Origin: Bacteroidales bacterium
GTDB taxonomy: Bacteria > Bacteroidota > Bacteroidia > Bacteroidales > VadinHA17
DNA length: 44,407 bases
NCBI GenBank assembly: GCA_015486185.1
Contig: WFSC01000373.1
Coordinates: 1-44,407 of the forward strand
Direction of reading: 5' to 3'
Below the pieces are notes generated by a model that was given only the letters and a program-made list of their open reading frames with translations, had not been told where the DNA came from and searched no databases. Of the stretch, positions 25,052 to 33,264 are shown in pieces (positions within the stretch are counted from its first letter, which is position 1; each line of letters opens with the position of its first letter). The translations under genes and the position numbers were made by a program.

Positions 25052-27022
25052 ATGAAAAAATCAGCTTTTCTTCTACCTGTTCTTTTCCTATTATTGGGCT
25101 TATCTTCCTGTTTTAATAAAGGATCGTGGCAGATTAACAGTCCTGACGGAAAGATATCCCTGACCTTTCAGATGATCGATGATCAGCCATATTATCAGGT
25201 TTCTTTTGCCGGGAAACCGGTGGTGTTGTCATCCCGCCTCGGCATGATCTTCTCCGATACAACATTATTTAAAAATGGCTTTAAGGTTGTATCCGTAAAA
25301 AAAGTCAGTACCGGCAATACATGGAAACCGGTATATGGTAACCATTCGGAAATCAGGGATTATTACCGTAGCCTGGAGTTGGATATGGAAGAAGTGAATG
25401 GCACTGCTGAGCTGGGGTTGGAGTTTCGTGTTTATGATCAGGGAGCTGCCTTCCGGTATCTTTTTCATCTGGATAAAGAAACAGGCATCCTTTCAGAACA
25501 GACAGAGTTTGTATTTCCGGATAATGAGTTGTGTTTTGCCATGAAAAGAAGGGGGTTTACGGATAGCTATGAGGGAACCTATGATCCCGTAAAAGTCAGT
25601 GAAATTGGGAAGAAAGATTTGATTGCCTGTCCGTTGCTTGTCCGGCAGGACAGCCATTGGGTGGCATTGACAGAGGCAGCACTGGATGATTATTCCGGCA
25701 TGTCCCTCATAAAAGCGGACAAGCCCAATACCTTCAGAACAATACTGGCCCCTTATCCGGAGAAATCCTGCCGGGTATGCGCTCCCATGCCTGAAAGATC
25801 CCCCTGGCGTGTTCTTCTTCTGGGAGAAAGAGCAGGAGATATGATCGGCCAATCCCTTGTTCTTAACCTGAACGAACCTTCTAAAATAAAGGATGTCTCA
25901 TGGATCAGGCCGGGAAAGGCAACCTGGCCCTGGTGGAACGGCCGCATCACAGAACCCGGCATGCACAGCGGGGAACCTTCTACCATGGTAATGAAATACT
26001 ATACCGATTTTGCCGCCCGTCACGGCATTCCCTATCTGGTCGTAGATGCGGGGTGGTATTCTCTGGAAAGTGATGCCTGGAGCCAACCGGAAAAAGAAGA
26101 TGTGCTTACTATGGAAGAAACCCGGAAAGATTTTTATGATATTCATAAAGTCCTCGATTATGCCAATAAGAGAGGGGTGGGTGTTTTTCTCTGGGTACAC
26201 TATGCTTCTATGAAAGACCGTATCGATACGGTACTGGCTACTTACGCCCGCTGGGGTGCCGTGGGGATCAAACTGGACAACTACGGCGGTGAGAATCAGC
26301 GACTGATCAATACCCTGCATAAGATCATACAAACGGCAGCCCGCTATCACCTGATGGTAGATTATCACGGTGCTTTCAAACCGACCGGATATACCCGTAC
26401 CTGGCCCAATTATATGACCTGCGAAGCTGTCAGGGGACTTGAGTATTCAAAAGGTTCATCCGGCAGAGGCAAACATATCTTCCTTCAACACACTGTTACC
26501 ATTCCCTTTACACGCATGCTGGCAGGTCCTATGGATTTTACCCCCGGCGTCTTTGACCTGGACGGAACCAGGGAATCTCCCGAATCGGTGCAGGGAACCC
26601 GCGCCAGACAGATAGCCATGCATGTGATCTATTATTCTCCGCTGCAGATGTTACCGGATTATCCCCGGGCCTATGAGAGCGCTCCCGGGCAATTTGATTT
26701 TCTGCTGAAGATACCGGTAACCTGGGATGATGTGAAGTTCATCGACGGTTATCCCGGTGATTATATCATCCTGGCACGGCGCAAAGGCAAAACCTGGTGG
26801 ATAGGACTGATGACCGACGAACAACCCCGGGCATTGGAGGTACCATTGACATTTCTGCCGGAGGGTAAGTCTTTCAGGGCAGTGGTATTGCAGGACGGTG
26901 ACCAGGCTTCTCAAAATCCGCAGGATGTTAAAATCATCGAAACGAACGTAAAACGCGGTGATACCCTCCACGTAAAGTTGGTCCCGGGGGGAGGCGCCGC
27001 CGTACGGCTGGAGAGGGAGTGA
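25052..27022 (+). CDS. GH97 family glycoside hydrolase (SusB-like alpha-glucosidase/alpha-galactosidase)
   Basis: The ORF track starts at GTG 25001. ATG 25052 gives the lipoprotein-like signal MKKSAFLLPVLFLLLGLSSC. The GH97 N-terminal pattern 'SPDGKISLTFQ...QPYYQVSFAGKPVVLSSRLG' is present. TIM-barrel motifs are 'VVDAGWY', 'GIKLDNYG', 'MVDYHGAFKPTGYTRTWPNYMTCEAVRGLE' and 'LAGPMDFTPG'. Confidence 0.9.
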   Translation: MKKSAFLLPVLFLLLGLSSCFNKGSWQINSPDGKISLTFQMIDDQPYYQVSFAGKPVVLSSRLGMIFSDTTLFKNGFKVVSVKKVSTGNTWKPVYGNHSEIRDYYRSLELDMEEVNGTAELGLEFRVYDQGAAFRYLFHLDKETGILSEQTEFVFPDNELCFAMKRRGFTDSYEGTYDPVKVSEIGKKDLIACPLLVRQDSHWVALTEAALDDYSGMSLIKADKPNTFRTILAPYPEKSCRVCAPMPERSPWRVLLLGERAGDMIGQSLVLNLNEPSKIKDVSWIRPGKATWPWWNGRITEPGMHSGEPSTMVMKYYTDFAARHGIPYLVVDAGWYSLESDAWSQPEKEDVLTMEETRKDFYDIHKVLDYANKRGVGVFLWVHYASMKDRIDTVLATYARWGAVGIKLDNYGGENQRLINTLHKIIQTAARYHLMVDYHGAFKPTGYTRTWPNYMTCEAVRGLEYSKGSSGRGKHIFLQHTVTIPFTRMLAGPMDFTPGVFDLDGTRESPESVQGTRARQIAMHVIYYSPLQMLPDYPRAYESAPGQFDFLLKIPVTWDDVKFIDGYPGDYIILARRKGKTWWIGLMTDEQPRALEVPLTFLPEGKSFRAVVLQDGDQASQNPQDVKIIETNVKRGDTLHVKLVPGGGAAVRLERE

Positions 27023-27096
27023 CGGAGAGAGGGAGAGACGGAGAGATATAAATGTTGTATGTCTGATAAATACTTTAGACACTTTGATATTGTACA

Positions 27097-27114
27097 GACA
27101 AGGCATGCCTTGTC
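27097..27114 (+). terminator. Perfect 18-nt palindrome downstream of the GH97 gene (terminator-like)
   Basis: GACAAGGCATGCCTTGTC is its own reverse complement and is followed by a T-rich tract (tcttctcttatttg). Confidence 0.45.
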
Positions 27115-27147
27115 TCTTCTCTTATTTGTTAAATTTTGTTAAATGAA

Positions 27148-27171
27148 ATTCTCAGGCTGAGAATCATTTTT
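27148..27171 (+). terminator. Second terminator-like hairpin between the GH97 gene and gldA
   Basis: ATTCTCAG-G-CTGAGAAT (27148-27164) is followed by cattttt. The tandem 10-mer TTTGTTAAAT x2 sits just upstream at 27125-27144. Confidence 0.45.
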
Positions 27172-27308
27172 CATTCTTTTTATTTTTGTGTGGCCAATAA
27201 ACAGGATACAACCTTAACGGGTTTATGTCCTTTTGTTTATTGTTTTCAGGAAAGGTGTAAAACATGAAGAATGCAAGATTCTATTTGTCAATATAAAACA
27301 AAAGATTT

Positions 27309-28238
27309 ATGGATATAAATGTTGAGAACATTACCAAAACGTACGGACGGCAAAAAGCGGTTGACAGGATCAGTTTTCATGTTAAAACAGGGGAAGTCCT
27401 GGGATTTCTTGGCCCGAACGGTGCCGGAAAAACCACTACCATGAAGATGATCACCAATTTTCTTTTGCCCGAAGAAGGAAATATTTATATCGGAGGTAAA
27501 TCCATGCTGGAAGATGCTGATGAATTAAAAAAACATATTGGCTATCTTCCGGAGAATAATCCTCTCTATATGGAGATGCCGATAATGGATTACCTTCAGT
27601 TTTCTGCAGAAATACTGGGTATTCCGAAAGATAAGATCCCGGAAAGGATCCATGAAATGGTACGCGTATGCGGATTAAATGCAGAAAAACATAAAAAAAT
27701 AGGAGAATTATCCAAAGGATACCGGCAACGTGTAGGGCTGGCTCAGGCCATGATCCATGATCCGGAAATACTGATCCTCGATGAGCCAACTTCAGGGCTC
27801 GATCCCAACCAGATCGTTGAGATCAGAAAACTGATACGCGAGCTGGGAAAAGAAAAGACCGTGATACTCAGCACACATATCCTACAGGAAGTGGAGGCCA
27901 CCTGCGACCGTATCCTGATCATAAATAAAGGGAAAATCGTAGCCGACGGTACTGCCGAAACCCTTTCACGTCAGGTACAGGGCCAGGAACTGCTTCATGT
28001 AAAGATCGAAGACGGAGATCCCAATGAGATCTTTAAGGCATTGCAGGAACTTCCCACCGTTTCACTGGTAGATTTTACCGACCGCCAGAAAAACAAATTC
28101 GAAGTACAGAGCAAACCGGAGATGAACTCCAACAGGGATATTTTTAACCTGTGCAAGAGCCGGGGCTGGGTGCTTACCGAAATGATCCCCGTTGAAACCA
28201 AGCTGGAAGATATCTTCCGCGAACTGACGATGAATTAA
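27309..28238 (+). CDS. gldA: Gliding-motility-associated ABC transporter ATP-binding protein GldA
   Basis: 309 aa with Walker A 'GFLGPNGAGKTTT', signature 'LSKGYRQRVGLAQA' and Walker B 'ILILDEPTSGLD'. An ABC-2 permease and a GldG-like gene follow, which is the canonical gldA-gldF-gldG arrangement. Confidence 0.85.
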   Translation: MDINVENITKTYGRQKAVDRISFHVKTGEVLGFLGPNGAGKTTTMKMITNFLLPEEGNIYIGGKSMLEDADELKKHIGYLPENNPLYMEMPIMDYLQFSAEILGIPKDKIPERIHEMVRVCGLNAEKHKKIGELSKGYRQRVGLAQAMIHDPEILILDEPTSGLDPNQIVEIRKLIRELGKEKTVILSTHILQEVEATCDRILIINKGKIVADGTAETLSRQVQGQELLHVKIEDGDPNEIFKALQELPTVSLVDFTDRQKNKFEVQSKPEMNSNRDIFNLCKSRGWVLTEMIPVETKLEDIFRELTMN

Positions 28239-28320
28239 TGAACACCCCTCTTTCCCGCAAGGAGGCATGGATGAAGGAGGAGGTTAAACATAATAAAAAC
28301 TGTAATAAATAAAGAAAACA

Positions 28321-29040
28321 ATGAAAACGACCTGGATCATAGCAAAAAGAGAACTAAACTCTTATTTCGACTCATTGACAGCATATATTGTGTTGATATT
28401 ATTTCTCGGATTTAGCGGATTATTCACCTGGATCCTCGGAAATGATATTTTCATGGTTGGACAAGCCAGTCTCCGGTCCTTTTTTGGCGTGGCTTACTGG
28501 ACCCTCTTTATATTCATCCCGGCCCTGACCATGCGCCTTATTGCCGAAGAAAATCGTTCAGGCACTATCGAACTACTTCTAACCAAACCTGTTACAGACA
28601 GACAACTGGTAGGTGGAAAATTTCTGGCGGCCTTATTGTTGGTAATCATTGCCCTTGCCTTTACCTTACCCTATGTGATCACTGTAGCCAGCATCGGGAA
28701 CCTGGACCAGGGAGCAGTATTTTGCGGATACCTCGGCCTGATCCTGCTCAGCGCCGTATATATCAGCATCGGGCTATATGCCAGTAGCGTAACAAGTAAC
28801 CAGATCGTGGCATTTCTTATCGCCATTTTTATAGGCCTGTTCTTCCAGATCATTTTTGACATGCTGGCACGTACTTTCAACGGCGTGACGGGTCAGGTGT
28901 TTAATTTTCTGAGCGTTTCCACACATTTTGAAAGTATGTCACGAGGCGTGATCGATACAAAAGACCTGATCTACTTTCTTTCTCTCATGATACTGGCCCT
29001 GAAAATGGCCGAAGACTCACTGGCCAAAAGAAATGCATAA
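28321..29040 (+). CDS. gldF: Gliding-motility-associated ABC transporter permease GldF (ABC-2 type)
   Basis: 239 aa with about 6 predicted TM segments. It starts 'MKTTWIIAKRELNSYFDSLTAYIVL' and lies between gldA and the gldG-like gene. Confidence 0.8.
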   Translation: MKTTWIIAKRELNSYFDSLTAYIVLILFLGFSGLFTWILGNDIFMVGQASLRSFFGVAYWTLFIFIPALTMRLIAEENRSGTIELLLTKPVTDRQLVGGKFLAALLLVIIALAFTLPYVITVASIGNLDQGAVFCGYLGLILLSAVYISIGLYASSVTSNQIVAFLIAIFIGLFFQIIFDMLARTFNGVTGQVFNFLSVSTHFESMSRGVIDTKDLIYFLSLMILALKMAEDSLAKRNA

Positions 29041-29081
29041 AGAAAACAATAAGAAAAAGATAAAGAAAAAAGTATAAGCAA

Positions 29082-30584
29082 ATGAAAAAGAAAAATATAG
29101 CACTGATAACTCTTTTGATTGCTGCCATCCTGCTGGTGGTGAACCTGATATCGGACAAATTGTTCTACAGGCTCGATCTTACAGAAGATCACACCTATAC
29201 ATTGAGCAAGGCTACCCGTGACATCCTGAAAAACCTGAAGGAGCCGGTAACAGTCACTGCTTATTTCTCCAAGCAGTTACCTCCGGCTGTTGCCGAAACA
29301 AGAAGTGATTTTAAAGATATGTTGATCGAATATTCAAACCGTGCCAAAGGTATGTTGGTGTATCAGTTCGTCAACCCGAATGAAAATCCGGAAAAAGAAA
29401 AGGAAGCTATGCAAAACGGTATCCAGCCGGTAATGATCAATGTAAGGGAAAAGGATCAGATGAAACAGCAAAAAGCGTATCTGGGCGCGGTTATATCCAT
29501 GGGTGACCGTAAAGAGGTGATCCCGTTCCTGCAACCGGGAGGTCCGATGGAATATGCCTTATCTTCAGCCATAAAAAAGCTTTCCGTAGTGAATAAACCC
29601 AAAATAGGTATTCTGGAAGGTTATGGCTGTGCCTCCCTCTCCGAGTTAAGTCAGGTAAAACAGGATCTGGACGTATTATACAATGTCATTCCGCTAAAAT
29701 TAACTGATACAACAGAGATCCCTAAAGACATTCGTACCATTGCCATTGTCAGACCCAAAGACAGTATCCCCTCCTTTGTCTTTAACCAGCTCAACCAATT
29801 TATGGCCCGGGGCGGAAACCTGTTTGTAGCTATCAACAGGGTAGATGGCAACCTGAGTCATGCTTATGGACAGGTATTGAATACAGGTCTCGAATCTTGG
29901 TTGCTGAGCAAAGGGATCCGTGTCGAACCGGTTTTTGTCACCGATGCAAAATGCGGCGCCGTAACCGTACAACAACAACAGGGCATGTTCCGGTTTTCAA
30001 CAAATGTCTCTTTCCCGTATCTGCCTGTGATCGGAACTTTTGCTGACAACCCTGCCGTCAAAGGACTGGAGGCCGTGATAATGGAATTCGCCAGCCCGAT
30101 CGAATATACCGGCGACTCGACCAAAACATTTATACCGCTGGCATTTACATCGGAAAAATCCGGTACCGAACCGGCCCCTACTTATTTCAATATCCAGAAA
30201 CAATGGACGGAAAAAGATTTTCCCAAGAAACATCTGACAGTCGCTGCGCTGATTGAAGGAAAGTTTGGCGGGAAAAATGATGCAAAAATGATTGTCGTCG
30301 GAGATGGTGATTTTCCGGTTAACAGGGGGCAGCAACAAATCAATAAAGATAATGCCAGCCTGATGGTCAATAGCATCGACTTCCTCTCCGATGATACCGG
30401 CCTGATAGAACTGCGTACGAGGGGGATTACATCCAGACCGTTAAAAGAACTTAGTGATAGCAAAAAAATGGTGTTGAAATATCTTAACTTCTTACTGCCT
30501 ATCATACTGGTAATACTGTACGGTCTGTACCGCTTCGAACGCAGCCGGAAAATACGGATGCAGCGGATGGAAGAGAGTTATTAA
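29082..30584 (+). CDS. gldG: Gliding-associated ABC transporter substrate-binding component GldG
   Basis: 500 aa with an N-terminal TM helix and 'RLDLTEDHTYTLSKATRDILKNLKEPVTVTAYFS'. A C-terminal TM anchor is present (LNFLLPIILVILYGLY). This is the typical GldG topology. Confidence 0.85.
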   Translation: MKKKNIALITLLIAAILLVVNLISDKLFYRLDLTEDHTYTLSKATRDILKNLKEPVTVTAYFSKQLPPAVAETRSDFKDMLIEYSNRAKGMLVYQFVNPNENPEKEKEAMQNGIQPVMINVREKDQMKQQKAYLGAVISMGDRKEVIPFLQPGGPMEYALSSAIKKLSVVNKPKIGILEGYGCASLSELSQVKQDLDVLYNVIPLKLTDTTEIPKDIRTIAIVRPKDSIPSFVFNQLNQFMARGGNLFVAINRVDGNLSHAYGQVLNTGLESWLLSKGIRVEPVFVTDAKCGAVTVQQQQGMFRFSTNVSFPYLPVIGTFADNPAVKGLEAVIMEFASPIEYTGDSTKTFIPLAFTSEKSGTEPAPTYFNIQKQWTEKDFPKKHLTVAALIEGKFGGKNDAKMIVVGDGDFPVNRGQQQINKDNASLMVNSIDFLSDDTGLIELRTRGITSRPLKELSDSKKMVLKYLNFLLPIILVILYGLYRFERSRKIRMQRMEESY

Positions 30585-30720
30585 TGAGTGAATGAGTGAA
30601 TGAGTGAATGAATGAATGATGGAAGAATGGAAGAATGGAATGATGGAATGATGGAAGAATGGAATGATGGAAGATTGGAGGAATGGAATATTGGAATGGT
30701 GGAAGAATGAAGAAATGAAA
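30585..30720. repeat. 17 tandem units of an 8-nt satellite (consensus KRATGGAA) starting immediately after the gldG stop codon
   Basis: The units are TGAGTGAA x3, TGAATGAA, TGATGGAA, GAATGGAA x2, TGATGGAA x2, GAATGGAA, TGATGGAA, GATTGGAG, GAATGGAA, TATTGGAA, TGGTGGAA, GAATGAAG and AAATGAAA. All were counted directly and all are in 8-nt register. Confidence 0.95.
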
Positions 30721-30754
30721 GTGATAAAAATATAAAATAAAAAATTACAGAAAA

Positions 30755-31729
30755 ATGGCTAAGAAAAATAATACAATAACATTGCTGGTTGTTCTGGTTG
30801 TTTTAATTGGAATATTTTTTCTGTTACAAGTCAGGAACAACAAAAAAGAGAGCACGCTCAACCGGAATCTGGTGAGAGTAGATACGGCTAAGATAACAGC
30901 AATTTATCTTTATCCACAGGCTGAAAAAGGAAAAGAACTGGTATTCAGAAAGACAGACAACAAGTGGCGTATCAGTGACGGAAAAAAGGATGCCCCTGTC
31001 GAACCGGCTACCATGAAAAATCTCCTTACATCAATAATAAACATCCGGCCGCAGCAACTGGTAGCCAAAGGAAAAGATACGTGGAAAAAGTTTGATGTAA
31101 CAGACTCATTGGCAACCCGTCTGAAGGTAATGGAGGGTACAAAAAAGACCCTTGATCTGTACATTGGCAGGTTCAAGGTCAACAGGAGCAATACCCCGCA
31201 ATATGGAGGGTATGGAGGACAAGGTGTTACCGGCACCTCTTACGTACGCGGAGAAGGACAAAAAGAGGTGTATGCCGTGGACGGCTTTCTGGCCATGACT
31301 TTCAACCAGGGAATGAATGCCTGGAGAGACCAGCGTTTCCTTAAACTGGACAGGTACAAGATCAATAAGATCACTTTTACCTATCCGGCTGACAGTGGTT
31401 TTGTAGCGGTGAAAGATACCACCTCACACTGGAAAATAGGAAACCAGCCGGCCGATTCGGCGGCTATGGCTTCGTATGTATCCAAACTACCCTATCGCAG
31501 GTACTCCACCTTTGCCGACGGATATACACCTCCGGCACAAGCCGATTACCAGATCGTTGTAAATGGAAAGAATATGTCTCCTGCTGTCATAAAAGCTTTC
31601 CGGGACGAAAAGTACCATTTCGTCATGCACTCCAGCCAGAACCCTGATACTTACTTTGCCGATAAAGACAGCTCCATATTCAAGACGTTTTTCGTACCAA
31701 AGAGTAAACTGGCGGGGAAGAAAGAATGA
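30755..31729 (+). CDS. DUF4340-like protein (usual partner downstream of gldG)
   Basis: 324 aa with an N-terminal TM anchor (TITLLVVLVVLIGIFFLL). The position after GldG and the repetitive beta-rich sequence fit DUF4340 proteins. Confidence 0.7.
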   Translation: MAKKNNTITLLVVLVVLIGIFFLLQVRNNKKESTLNRNLVRVDTAKITAIYLYPQAEKGKELVFRKTDNKWRISDGKKDAPVEPATMKNLLTSIINIRPQQLVAKGKDTWKKFDVTDSLATRLKVMEGTKKTLDLYIGRFKVNRSNTPQYGGYGGQGVTGTSYVRGEGQKEVYAVDGFLAMTFNQGMNAWRDQRFLKLDRYKINKITFTYPADSGFVAVKDTTSHWKIGNQPADSAAMASYVSKLPYRRYSTFADGYTPPAQADYQIVVNGKNMSPAVIKAFRDEKYHFVMHSSQNPDTYFADKDSSIFKTFFVPKSKLAGKKE

Positions 31730-31744
31730 TGATGGATAGATCCT

Positions 31745-32122
31745 CTATTCTTTCTTCAACCCTAACCCCCAACTCACGATAAAGAAAGATCCGAGGATCG
31801 TAACCAGGAGTGTGAGAAAGAATGTGCTGACAAAAAAATTGTTGCCCCGGATGTTGAAGAAATAAATCAGAAACAGGCCCAGCAGCGTGATGAGGATGCC
31901 ACCGGTCAGTTCCCATCTCCAGGCAACAAGTACCAGCAACAGCAATACCAGCCAGGGCAGGGCATTGGGACTGTTTTCCAGGATCCCACGCAAGCCACCG
32001 CCGTAATCTTCAGAACCGGAGACCAGAGCAAAGAGGAATATCAGAATACCAAATACCAGCAAGGTATATCTGGCCACTGTTCTGAAGATAATGGCTGTCC
32101 GGAGTCTTTTCTCTGTTTCCAT
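31745..32122 (-). CDS. Small integral membrane protein (4 predicted TM helices), function unknown
   Basis: 125 aa with four hydrophobic stretches (YTLLVFGILIFLFALV, LPWLVLLLLVLVAW, GGILITLLGLFLIYFF, FFLTLLVTILGSFFIV). It is convergent with the DUF4340 gene. Confidence 0.6.
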   Translation of the reverse strand: METEKRLRTAIIFRTVARYTLLVFGILIFLFALVSGSEDYGGGLRGILENSPNALPWLVLLLLVLVAWRWELTGGILITLLGLFLIYFFNIRGNNFFVSTFFLTLLVTILGSFFIVSWGLGLKKE

Positions 32123-32241
32123 GACGAAAAGGATTGGTTTTTAATATAATGTAAGTTACAACATTTTGAATAAAGTACAAACCATATACTCCTTTTTCTA
32201 ATCTTAACCAATCCAAAGAAAACCTCTCTCCCCAAAGAAAA

Positions 32242-33147
32242 TTATCTCTCTTCGATGGCGATATAGGGCATTTCCTTGCCGGGAATAAAATGGGATTCGG
32301 TGACAAAGGCCGTGATCAGGTCGTTGGGTACTGATTCAAAATAGTAATTCACGGGCGTAACCCTTTTAGGTGGGTTTTTCCATATTTCCCCGGCTGGTTT
32401 TTTATCCTCCTTAAACAGCATATTTTGATCCTCCTTTCCTTTTGCATGATAAAATTTCCTGCTGTCAGCTAAAACATACACAGGTACTCCATGGCGGCGG
32501 CTTAAAGAAGCAATAGCATGAGAACCTGTTTTATTGATAAAGATATCCGGTAATATGCGGTCCGCACCCAATATGACCATGTCTGTCTCATGTAACAAAG
32601 AAGAGAATCCCGCATCCGTCACAAAAAGCACTTCGTAACCCAGTCCGGCCAGGTATTTTGCCTGTGTACGGCCTTCGAGCATAGGCCTTGATTCGGTCTG
32701 GATCAGGGTAGCACTATGTTTCCCCTTGCTGAAATGCCGGAACAGATCAAGAACGACAGAACTCTGACTATGCAGAAGAATTTCCTTATCATAAAGAGAA
32801 ACCTTTTCCAGAAATTTTTTAATGATCCTCTCATTAACATGTTGCCACTTTATCCGGTAGGCAAGAATGATATCATACAGGTCGGCAGAGGAAAGCCCGT
32901 CTCCATCCGGCAACTGACTTATCAGATGTCCGGTAAAATGAGATATGATGGCAAAGTCTTTCATCTCATTTCTGAACCATGTTAACATTGAATCAAGCTC
33001 TTTTACTTCCTTTTCAGTAAAATCAGGTGCATCAATAAGATAAGTCAGCAGAAAATCCATCAGATGTTCCTGTAAGGTACCGGAACCCGACTGGTGGTCT
33101 TTCCTGATCATGTCAAAAACAGCGTGTATATTTTCCAGATTACTCAT
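32242..33147 (-). CDS. eIF-2B alpha/beta/delta-like family protein (MtnA/ribose-1,5-bisphosphate isomerase superfamily)
   Basis: The ORF track starts at 33234. ATG at 33147 (MSNLENIHAV...) avoids overlap with the divergent gene. The C-terminal Rossmann-like motifs are 'ILLHSQSSVV', 'EGRTQAKYLAGLGYEV', 'ILGADRILPDIFINKTGSHAIASLSRRHGVPVYVLADSRKF'. Confidence 0.7.
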   Translation of the reverse strand: MSNLENIHAVFDMIRKDHQSGSGTLQEHLMDFLLTYLIDAPDFTEKEVKELDSMLTWFRNEMKDFAIISHFTGHLISQLPDGDGLSSADLYDIILAYRIKWQHVNERIIKKFLEKVSLYDKEILLHSQSSVVLDLFRHFSKGKHSATLIQTESRPMLEGRTQAKYLAGLGYEVLFVTDAGFSSLLHETDMVILGADRILPDIFINKTGSHAIASLSRRHGVPVYVLADSRKFYHAKGKEDQNMLFKEDKKPAGEIWKNPPKRVTPVNYYFESVPNDLITAFVTESHFIPGKEMPYIAIEER

Positions 33148-33264
33148 AGGCGGATGTTTTCCGAAAGATAAAAAAAATATCGCTCGCTTCAATTGTATAA
33201 TTTGACCGCTCAGTATCCTCAGGGTATTAATCACTTTTCTTATCTTTGGTTTTTTCTTAACATA

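Noticed and set aside
30677-30681. GGAGG inside the 8-nt satellite as a Shine-Dalgarno site with nearby ATGs for a hidden micro-ORF
   Set aside because: Bacteroidota generally do not rely on SD sequences. ATG and TGA triplets alternate every few codons in all frames, so no ORF longer than a few codons exists.
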